The notes beneath the pieces were generated by a model that had not been told where the DNA came from, did not search any database, and saw only the letters and a list, made by a program, of their open reading frames with translations. A stretch of 32,326 nucleotides of DNA from Utricularia gibba (lineage: Eukaryota; Plantae; Magnoliophyta), in the NCBI GenBank assembly GCA_002189035.1, contig NEEC01000363.1, positions 1 to 32,326 on the forward strand, in the 5' to 3' direction. The position numbers were made by a program, and so were the translations under genes. The stretch's first letter is position 1; every line of letters starts with the position of its first letter. Positions 1 through 10,500 of the stretch are shown piece by piece.

Positions 1-535
1 GAGTGTATAACAGTGTTGGGATAAGTGATGCCACGAAATTCATGATGTAACATGTGACTTTTTTCCATCTTGATCGCATATCCGATGAAGTTTGACACCA
101 TATGTTTTGGCTGTTGATTGATTCAATTAGTTGCTATGATACTTCTGATTCTTGATGCACCATTCCCATACACCATGTCTCTAGTGGCTATTTGATTCTT
201 TTGCCGTGTATCCCATTTGCATCAATGTCGAGAACGAGAAGCACATTCTTAGACGCAGCCACCAAGAAAGGACACCTAAGACACTTTTCGTTGTGGCTTG
301 TTTTTAATATGTCCACAGTTATCGACAAACGTAACTCCAAATTATAATACTTGGAGCTCGAAAAGGGCTTCCCAACAGTGTGCTATGAAGAGCAAGGATC
401 TGCATGTTATGCAAGAGGTGCTTCGCGGACCAGGATGTGCGACGTAGTCATTTCATTGCGCATCATCATTCGGGGTGCATCCTAAAAATCACACGTGCAC
501 GGGATTCATTAAAAATAAATATTTACGCATATCCA

Positions 536-1058
536 GAGTGTATAACAGTGTTGGGATAAGTGATGCCACGAAATTCATGATGTAGCATGTGACTTTTTTC
601 CAACTTGATCGCATAGTAGATGAATTCTGACACCATATGTTGATGCATTTAGTTGCTATGATACTTCTGATTCTTGATGCACCATTCCCGTATACCATGT
701 CTCTAGTGGCTATTTGATTCTTTTGCCTTGTATGTTGTTCGCATCAATTTCGAGAACATGAAGCACATTATTAAATGCAGTCACCACGGAATGCCACGTG
801 AGACACCTTTCGTTGGGCCCTTTTTTTAATATGTCCACAGTTATCGGACAAACGTAACTCCAAATTATAATACTTGGAGCTCGAAAAGGGCTTCCCAACA
901 GTGTGCTATGAAGAGCAAGGATCTGCATGTTATGCAAGAGGTGTTTCGCGGACCAGGATGTGCGACGTAGTCATTTCATTGCGCATCACCATTCGGGATG
1001 CAGCCGAAAAATCACACGTGCACCGGATTTGTTAAAAATAAATATTTACGCATATCCT
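536..1058. repeat. Representative B-type monomer (523 bp)
   Basis: Diagnostic B motifs: GCATAGTAGATGAATTCTGAC (EcoRI site 622-627), ATGTTGATGCATTTAG, GCCTTGTATGTTGTTCGC, CACGGAATGCCACGTGAG, and tail CACCATTCGGGATGCAGCCGAAAA. Confidence 0.97.
545..904. mobile_element. Possible MITE-like non-autonomous DNA-transposon remnant within each monomer (B example; A example 1068-1440)
   Basis: ACAGTGTTGGGA (545-556) and TCCCAACAGTGT (893-904) are reverse complements at 11/12 positions. There is no convincing target-site duplication and no transposase. The call rests on the inverted repeat and CAGTG-type termini only. Confidence 0.3.
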
Positions 1059-1594
1059 GAGTATACAACAGTGTTGGGATAAGTGATGCCACGAAATTCA
1101 TGATGTAACATGTGACTTTTTTCCATCTTGATCGCATATCCGATGAAGTTTGACACCATATGTTTTGGCTGTTGATTGATTCAATTAGTTGCTATGATAC
1201 TTCTGATTCTTGATGCACCATTCCCATACACCATGTCTCTAGTGGCTATTTGATTCTTTTGCCGTGTATCCCATTTGCATCAATGTCGAGAACGAGAAGC
1301 ACATTCTTAGACGCAGCCACCAAGAAAGGACACCTAAGACACTTTTCGTTGTGGCTTGTTTTTAATATGTCCACAGTTATCGGACAAACGTAACTCCAAA
1401 TTATAATACTTGGAGCTCGAAAAGGGCTTCCCAACAGTGTGCTATGAAGAGCAAGGATCTGCATGTTATGCAAGAGGTGCTTCGCGGACCAGGATGTGCG
1501 ACGTAGTCATTTCATTGCGCATCATCATTCGGGGTGCATCCTAAAAATCACACGTGCACGGGATTCATTAAAAATAAATATTTACGCATATCCA
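1059..1594. repeat. Representative A-type monomer (536 bp)
   Basis: Diagnostic A motifs: GCATATCCGATGAAGTTTGAC, TTTTGGCTGTTGATTGATTCAATTAG, GCCGTGTATCCCATTTGC, CAAGAAAGGACACCTAAG, and tail CATCATTCGGGGTGCATCCTAAAA. Confidence 0.97.
1368..1434. other. Cluster of short inverted repeats in the invariant block of every monomer
   Basis: TGTCC-9nt-GGACA (1368-1386). CTCCAA-10nt-TTGGAG (1394-1415), whose loop contains the palindrome ATTATAAT. An alternative imperfect stem TTGGAGCTC-GAAAA-GGGCTTCCCAA (1410-1434). The sequences are directly visible, but folding is inferred. Confidence 0.55.
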
Positions 1595-4500
1595 GAGTGT
1601 ATAACAGTGTTGGGATAAGTGATGCCACGAAATTCATGATGTAGCATGTGACTTTTTTCCAACTTGATCGCATAGTAGATGAATTCTGACACCATATGTT
1701 GATGCATTTAGTTGCTATGATACTTCTGATTCTTGATGCACCATTCCCGTATACCATGTCTCTAGTGGCTATTTGATTCTTTTGCCTTGTATGTTGTTCG
1801 CATCAATTTCGAGAACATGAAGCACATTATTAAATGCAGTCACCACGGAATGCCACGTGAGACACCTTTCGTTGTGGCCCTTTTTTAATATGTCCACAGT
1901 TATCGGACAAACGTAACTCCAAATTATAATACTTGGAGCTCGAAAAGGGCTTCCCAACAGTGTGCTATGAAGAGCAAGGATCTGCATGTTATGCAAGAGG
2001 TGTTTCGCGGACCAGGATGTGCGACGTAGTCATTTCATTGCGCATCACCATCGGGATGCAGCCGAAAAATCACACGTGCACCGGATTTGTTAAAAATAAA
2101 TATTTACGCATATCCTGAGTATACAACAGTGTTGGGATAAGTGATGCCACGAAATTCATGATGTAACATGTGACTTTTTTCCATCTTGATCGCATATCCG
2201 ATGAAGTTTGACACCATATGTTTTGGCTGTTGATTGATTCAATTTAGTTGCTATGATACTTCTGATTCTTGATGCACCATTCCCATACACCATGTCTCTA
2301 GTGGCTATTTGATTCTTTTGCCGTGTATCCCATTTGCATCAATGTCGAGAACGAGAAGCACATTCTTAGACGCAGCCACCAAGAAAGGACACCTAAGACA
2401 CTTTTCGTTGTGGCTTGTTTTTAATATGTCCACAGTTATCGGACAAACGTAACTCCAAATTATAATACTTGGAGCTCGAAAAGGGCTTCCCAACAGTGTG
2501 CTATGAAGAGCAAGGATCTGCATGTTATGCAAGAGGTGCTTCGCGGACCAGGATGTGCGACGTAGTCATTTCATTGCGCATCATCATTCGGGGTGCATCC
2601 TAAAAATCACACGTGCACGGGATTCATTAAAAATAAATATTTACGCATATCCAGAGTGTATAACAGTGTTGGGATAAGTGATGCCACGAAATTCATGATG
2701 TAGCATGTGACTTTTTTCCAACTTGATCGCATAGTAGATGAATTCTGACACCATATGTTGATGCATTTAGTTGCTATGATACTTCTGATTCTTGATGCAC
2801 CATTCCCGTATACCATGTCTCTAGTGGCTATTTGATTCTTTTGCCTTGTATGTTGTTCGCATCAATTTCGAGAACATGAAGCACATTATTAAATGCAGTC
2901 ACCACGGAATGCCACGTGAGACACCTTTCGTTGTGGCCCTTTTTTAATATGTCCACAGTTATCGGACAAACGTAACTCCAAATTATAATACTTGGAGCTC
3001 GAAAAGGGCTTCCCAACAGTGTGCTATGAAGAGCAAGGATCTGCATGTTATGCAAGAGGTGTTTCGCGGACCAGGATGTGCGACGTAGTCATTTCATTGC
3101 GCATCACCATTCGGGATGCAGCCGAAAAATCACACGTGCACCGGATTTGTTAAAAATAAATATTTACGCATATCCTGAGTATACAACAGTGTTGGGATAA
3201 GTGATGCCACGAAATTCATGATGTAACATGTGACTTTTTTCCATCTTGATCGCATATCCGATGAAGTTTGACACCATATGTTTTGGCTGTTGATTGATTC
3301 AATTAGTTGCTATGATACTTCTGATTCTTGATGCACCATTCCCATACACCATGTCTCTAGTGGCTATTTGATTCTTTTGCCGTGTATCCCATTTGCATCA
3401 ATGTCGAGAACGAGAAGCACATTCTTAGACGCAGCCACCAAGAAAGGACACCTAAGACACTTTTCGTTGTGGCTTGTTTTTAATATGTCCACAGTTATCG
3501 GACAAACGTAACTCCAAATTATAATACTTGGAGCTCGAAAAGGGCTTCCCAACAGTGTGCTATGAAGAGCAAGGATCTGCATGTTATGCAAGAGGTGCTT
3601 CGCGGACCAGGATGTGCGACGTAGTCATTTCATTGCGCATCATCATTCGGGGTGCATCCTAAAAATCACACGTGCACGGGATTCATTAAAAATAAATATT
3701 TACGCATATCCAGAGTGTATAAACAGTGTTGGGATAAGTGATGCCACGAAATTCATGATGTAGCATGTGACTTTTTTCCAACTTGATCGCATAGTAGATG
3801 AATTCTGACACCATATGTTGATGCATTTAGTTGCTATGATACTTCTGATTCTTGATGCACCATTCCCGTATACCATGTCTCTAGTGGCTATTTGATTCTT
3901 TTGCCTTGTATGTTGTTCGCATCAATTTCGAGAACATGAAGCACATTATTAAATGCAGTCACCACGGAATGCCACGTGAGACACCTTTCGTTGTGGCCCT
4001 TTTTTAATATGTCCACAGTTATCGGACAAACGTAACTCCAAATTATAATACTTGGAGCTCGAAAGGGCTTCCCAACAGTGTGCTATGAAGAGCAAGGATC
4101 TGCATGTTATGCAAGAGGTGCTTCGCGGACCAGGATGTGCGACGTAGTTCATTGCGCATCATCATTCGGGTGCATCCTAAAAATCACACGTGCACCGGAT
4201 TTGTTAAAAATAAATATTTACGCATATCCAGAGTATAACAACAGTGTTGGGATAAGTGATGCCACGAAATTCATGATGTAACATGTGACTTTTTTCCATC
4301 TTGATCGCATATCCGATGAAGTTTGACACCATATGTTTTGGCTGTTGATTGATTCAATTAGTTGCTATGATACTTCTGATTCTTGATGCACCATTCCCAT
4401 ACACCATGTCTCTAGTGGCTATTTGATTCTTTTGCCGTGTATCCCATTTGCATCAATGTCGAGAACGAGAAGCACATTCTTAGACGCAGCCACCAAGAAA

Positions 4501-7500
4501 GGACACCTAAGACACTTTTCGTTGTGGCTTGTTTTTAATATGTCCACAGTTATCGGACAAACGTAACTCCAAATTATAATACTTGGAGCTCGAAAAGGGC
4601 TTCCCAACACAGTGTGCTATGAAGAGCAAGGATCTGCATGTTATGCAAGAGGTGCTTCGCGGACCAGGATGTGCGACGTAGTCATTTCATTGCGCATCAT
4701 CATTCGGGGTGCATCCTAAAAATCACACGTGCACGGGATTCATTAAAAATAAATATTTACGCATATCCAGAGTGTATAACAGTGTTGGGATAAGTGATGC
4801 CACGAAATTCATGATGATGTAGCATGTGACTTTTTTCCAACTTGATCGCATAGTAGATGAATTCTGACACCATATGTTGATGCATTTAGTTGCTATGATA
4901 CTTCTGATTCTTGATGCACCATTCCCGTATACCATGTCTCTAGTGGCTATTTGATTCTTTTGCCTTGTATGTTGTTCGCATCAATTTCGAGAACATGAAG
5001 CACATTATTAAATGCAGTCACCACGGAATGCCACGTGAGACACCTTTCGTTGTGGCCCTTTTTTAATATGTCCACAGTTATCGGACAAACGTAACTCCAA
5101 ATTATAATACTTGGAGCTCGAAAAGGGCTTCCCAACAGTGTGCTATGAAGAGCAAGGATCTGCATGTTATGCAAGAGGTGTTTCGCGGACCAGGATGTGC
5201 GACGTAGTCATTTCATTGCGCATCACCATTCGGGATGCAGCCGAAAAATCACACGTGCACCGGATTTGTTAAAAATAAATATTTACGCATATCCTGAGTA
5301 TACAACAGTGTTGGGATAAGTGATGCCACGAAATTCATGATGTAACATGTGACTTTTTTCCATCTTGATCGCATATCCGATGAAGTTTGACACCATATGT
5401 TTTGGCTGTTGATTGATTCAATTAGTTGCTATGATACTTCTGATTCTTGATGCACCATTCCCATACACCATGTCTCTAGTGGCTATTTGATTCTTTTGCC
5501 GTGTATCCCATTTGCATCAATGTCGAGAACGAGAAGCACATTCTTAGACGCAGCCACCAAGAAAGGACACCTAAGACACTTTTCGTTGTGGCTTGTTTTT
5601 AATATGTCCACAGTTATCGGACAAACGTAACTCCAAATTATAATACTTGGAGCTCGAAAAGGGCTTCCCAACAGTGTGCTATGAAGAGCAAGGATCTGCA
5701 TGTTATGCAAGAGGTGCTTCGCGGACCAGGATGTGCGACGTAGTCATTTCATTGCGCATCATCATTCGGGGTGCATCCTAAAAATCACACGTGCACGGGA
5801 TTCATTAAAAATAAATATTTACGCATATCCAGAGTGTATAACAGTGTTGGGATAAGTGATGCCACGAAATTCATGATGTAGCATGTGACTTTTTTCCAAC
5901 TTGATCGCATAGTAGATGAATTCTGACACCATATGTTGATGCATTAGTTGCTATGATACTTCTGATTCTTGATGCACCATTCCCCACCATGTCTCTAGTG
6001 GCTATTTGATTCTTTTGCCTTGTATGTTGTTCGCATCAATTTCGAGAACATGAAGCACATTATTAAATGCAGTCACCACGGAATGCCACGTGAGACACCT
6101 TTCGTTGTGGCCCTTTTTTAATATGTCCACAGTTATCGGACAAACGTAACTCCAAATTATAATACTTGGAGCTCGAAAAGGGCTTCCCAACAGTGTGCTA
6201 TGAAGAGCAAGGATCTGCATGTTATGCAAGAGGTGCTTCGCGGACCAGGATGTGCGACGTAGTCATTTCATTGCGCATCATCATTCGGGGTGCATCCTAA
6301 AAATCACACGTGCACGGGATTCATTAAAAATAAATATTTACGCATATCCAGAGTGTATAACAGTGTTGGGATAAGTGATGCCACGAAATTCATGATGTAC
6401 ATGTGACTTTTTTCCATCTTGATCGCATATAGATGAATTTGACACCATATGTTGATGCATTAGTTGCTATGATACTTCTGATTCTTGATGCACCATTCCC
6501 ATACCATGTCTCTAGTGGCTATTTGATTCTTTTGCCGTGTATTTTGCATCAATTTCGAGAACAGAAGCACATTATTAAACGCAGCCACCAGGAAGGACAC
6601 TAAGACACCTTTCGTTGTGGCCTTTTTTAATATGTCCACAGTTATCGGACAAACGTAACTCCAAATTATAATACTTGGAGCTCGAAAAGGGCTTCCCAAC
6701 AGTGTGCTATGAAGAGCAAGGATCTGCATGTTATGCAAGAGGTGCTTCGCGGACCAGGATGTGCGACGTAGTCATTTCATTGCGCATCATCATTCGGGGT
6801 GCATCCTAAAAATCACACGTGCACGGATTCATTAAAAATAAATATTTACGCATATCCAGAGTGTATAACAGTGTTGGGATAAGTGATGCCACGAAATTCA
6901 TGATGTAACATGTGACTTTTTTCCATCTTGATCGCATATAGATGAAGTTTGACACCATATGTTTTGGCTGTTGATGATTTTAGTTGCTATGATACTTCTG
7001 ATTCTTGATGCACCATTCCCATACACCATGTCTCTAGTGGCTATTTGATTCTTTTGCCGTGTATATTTGCATCAATTCGAGAACAGAAGCACATTCTTAA
7101 CGCAGTCACCAAGAAAGGACACTAAGACACTTTTCGTTGTGGCTTTTTTTAATATGTCCACAGTTATCGGACAAACGTAACTCCAAATTATAATACTTGG
7201 AGCTCGAAAAGGGCTTCCCAACAGTGTGCTATGAAGAGCAAGGATCTGCATGTTATGCAAGAGGTGCTTCGCGGACCAGGATGTGCGACGTAGTCATTTC
7301 ATTGCGCATCATCATTCGGGGTGCATCCTAAAAATCACACGTGCACGGGATTCATTAAAAATAAATATTTACGCATATCCTGAGTGTATAAACAGTGTTG
7401 GGATAAGTGATGCCACGAAATTCATGATGTACATGTGACTTTTTTCCAACTTGATCGCATATAGATGAATTTGACACCATATTTGATGCATTTAGTTGCT

Positions 7501-10500
7501 ATGATACTTCTGATTCTTGATGCACCATTCCCGTATACCATGTCTCTAGTGGCTATTTGATTCTTTGCCTTGTATGTTGTTCGCATCAATTCGAGAACAG
7601 AAGCACATTATTAAATGCAGTCACCAGAAACACTAAGACACTTTTCGTTGTGGCCCTTTTTTAATATGTCCACAGTTATCGGACAAACGTAACTCCAAAT
7701 TATAATACTTGGAGCTCGAAAAGGGCTTCCCAACAGTGTGCTATGAAGAGCAAGGATCTGCATGTTATGCAAGAGGTGCTTCGCGGACCAGGATGTGCGA
7801 CGTAGTCATTTCATTGCGCATCATCATTCGGGGTGCATCCTAAAAATCACACGTGCACGGGATTCATTAAAAATAAATATTTACGCATATCCAGAGTGTA
7901 TAACAGTGTTGGGATAAGTGATGCCACGAAATTCATGATGTACATGTGACTTTTTTCCAACTTGATCGCATAGTAGATGAATTCTGACACCATATGTTGA
8001 TGCATTTAGTTGCTATGATACTTCTGATTCTTGATGCACCATTCCCGTATACCATGTCTCTAGTGGCTATTTGATTCTTTTGCCTTGTATGTTGTTCGCA
8101 TCAATTTCGAGAACATGAAGCACATTATTAAATGCAGTCACCACGGAATGCCACGTGAGACACCTTTCGTTGTGGCCCTTTTTTAATATGTCCACAGTTA
8201 TCGGACAAACGTAACTCCAAATTATAATACTTGGAGCTCGAAAAGGGCTTCCCAACAGTGTGCTATGAAGAGCAAGGATCTGCATGTTATGCAAGAGGTG
8301 CTTCGCGGACCAGGATGTGCGACGTAGTCATTTCATTGCGCATCATCATTCGGGGTGCATCCGAAAAATCACACGTGCACCGGATTGTTAAAAATAAATA
8401 TTTACGCATATCCTGAGTATACAACAGTGTTGGGATAAGTGATGCCACGAAATTCATGATGTAACATGTGACTTTTTTCCATCTTGATCGCATATCCGAT
8501 GAAGTTTGACACCATATGTTTTGGCTGTTGATTGATTCAATTAGTTGCTATGATACTTCTGATTCTTGATGCACCATTCCCATACCATGTCTCTAGTGGC
8601 TATTTGATTCTTTTGCCGTGTATCCCATTTGCATCAATGTCGAGAACGAGAAGCACATTCTTAGACGCAGCCACCAAGAAAGGACACCTAAGACACTTTT
8701 CGTTGTGGCTTGTTTTTAATATGTCCACAGTTATCGGACAAACGTAACTCCAAATTATAATACTTGGAGCTCGAAAAGGGCTTCCCAACAGTGTGCTATG
8801 AAGAGCAAGGATCTGCATGTTATGCAAGAGGTGCTTCGCGGACCAGGATGTGCGACGTAGTCATTTCATTGCGCATCATCATTCGGGGTGCATCCTAAAA
8901 ATCACACGTGCACGGGATTCATTAAAAATAAATATTTACGCATATCCAGAGTGTATAACAGTGTTGGGATAAGTGATGCCACGAAATTCATGATGTAGCA
9001 TGTGACTTTTTTCCAACTTGATCGCATAGTAGATGAATTCTGACACCATATGTTGATGCATTTAGTTGCTATGATACTTCTGATTCTTGATGCACCATTC
9101 CCGTATACCATGTCTCTAGTGGCTATTTGATTCTTTTGCCTTGTATGTTGTTCGCATCAATTCGAGAACATGAAGCACATTATTAAATGCAGTCACCACG
9201 GAATGCCACGTGAGACACCTTTCGTTGTGGCCCTTTTTTTAATATGTCCACAGTTATCGGACAAACGTAACTCCAAATTATAATACTTGGAGCTCGAAAA
9301 GGGCTTCCCAACAGTGTGCTATGAAGAGCAAGGATCTGCATGTTATGCAAGAGGTGTTTCGCGGACCAGGATGTGCGACGTAGTCATTTCATTGCGCATC
9401 ACCATTCGGGATGCAGCCGAAAAATCACACGTGCACGGATTGTTAAAAATAAATATTTACGCATATCCTGAGTATACAACAGTGTTGGGATAAGTGATGC
9501 ACGAAATTCATGATGTAACATGTGACTTTTTTCCATCTTGATCGCATATCCGATGAAGTTTGACACCATATGTTTTGGCTGTTGATTGATTCAATTAGTT
9601 GCTATGATACTTCTGATTCTTGATGCACCATTCCCATACACCATGTCTCTAGTGGCTATTTGATTCTTTTGCCGTGTATCCCATTTGCATCAATGTCGAG
9701 AACGAGAAGCACATTCTTAGACGCAGCCACCAAGAAAGGACACCTAAGACACTTTTTTGTGGCTTGTTTTTAATATGTCCACAGTTATCGGACAAACGTA
9801 ACTCCAAATTATAATACTTGGAGCTCGAAAAGGGCTTCCCAACAGTGTGCTATGAAGAGCAAGGATCTGCATGTTATGCAAGAGGTGCTTCGCGGACCAG
9901 GATGTGCGACGTAGTCATTTCATTGCGCATCATCATTCGGGGTGCATCCTAAAAATCACACGTGCACGGGATTCATTAAAAATAAATATTTACGCATATC
10001 CAGAGTGTATAACAGTGTTGGGATAAGTGATGCCACGAAATTCATGATGTAACATGTGACTTTTTTCCAACTTGATCGCATAGTAGATGAATTCTGACAC
10101 CATATGTTGATGCATTTAGTTGCTATGATACTTCTGATTCTTGATGCACCATTCCCGTATACCATGTCTCTAGTGGCTATTTGATTCTTTTGCCTTGTAT
10201 GTTGTTCGCATCAATTTCGAGAACATGAAGCACATTATTAAATGCAGTCACCACGGAATGCCACGTGAGACACCTTTCGTTGTGGCCCTTTTTTAATATG
10301 TCCACAGTTATCGGACAAACGTAACTCCAAATTATAATACTTGGAGCTCGAAAAGGGCTTCCCAACAGTGTGCTATGAAGAGCAAGGATCTGCATGTTAT
10401 GCAAGAGGTGCTTCGCGGACCAGGATGTGCGACGTAGTCATTTCATTGCGCATCATCATTCGGGGTGCATCCTAAAAATCACACGTGCACGGGATTCATT

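Larger units (their letters stand above)
536..1594. repeat. Higher-order repeat unit, B+A dimer (1,059 bp)
   Basis: 523+536=1,059. Regular alternation is seen at 1-6350, 15263-20046 and 25231-32326. Confidence 0.95.

Noticed and set aside
71-79. 5S rDNA array (minus strand ATGCGATCA resembles the 5' end of plant 5S rRNA, and the unit size is compatible)
   Set aside because: The match stops after 9 nt, with no further 5S sequence or internal control region.
82-88. Hammerhead-ribozyme satellite, retrozyme or Obelisk-like circular RNA
   Set aside because: I found no CUGAUGA core on either strand (closest are CCGATGA and ATGATGA) and no correctly placed GAAA with flanking stems. There is no extended rod-like self-complementarity and no long ORF. 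An Infernal search would be definitive.
169-175. Kinetoplast minicircle (1-kb unit with two conserved regions; TGGTGTA on the minus strand)
   Set aside because: Only 7 of 12 nt of CSB-3 GGGGTTGGTGTA match, the match is absent from B monomers and lies outside the conserved block, and there is no CSB-1.
181-185. Helitron 3' end (CTAG followed by T)
   Set aside because: There is no GC-rich subterminal hairpin upstream of the CTAG.
1367-1375. DnaA box or plasmid iteron origin (ATGTCCACA)
   Set aside because: It matches only 7/9 of TTWTNCACA, occurs once per monomer, and there is no Rep gene or iteron cluster.
1381-1407. Bacterial sigma70 promoter (TATAAT at 1402-1407)
   Set aside because: There is no acceptable -35 hexamer at 16-18 bp spacing, no downstream gene, and no evidence of a bacterial host.
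1543-1584. Phased A-tract curvature, and the palindromes CACGTG/GTGCAC/TAAATATTTA as functional sites
   Set aside because: The A-tracts are not spaced at ~10.5-bp multiples over several turns. Short palindromes of this length are expected by chance in AT-rich DNA.
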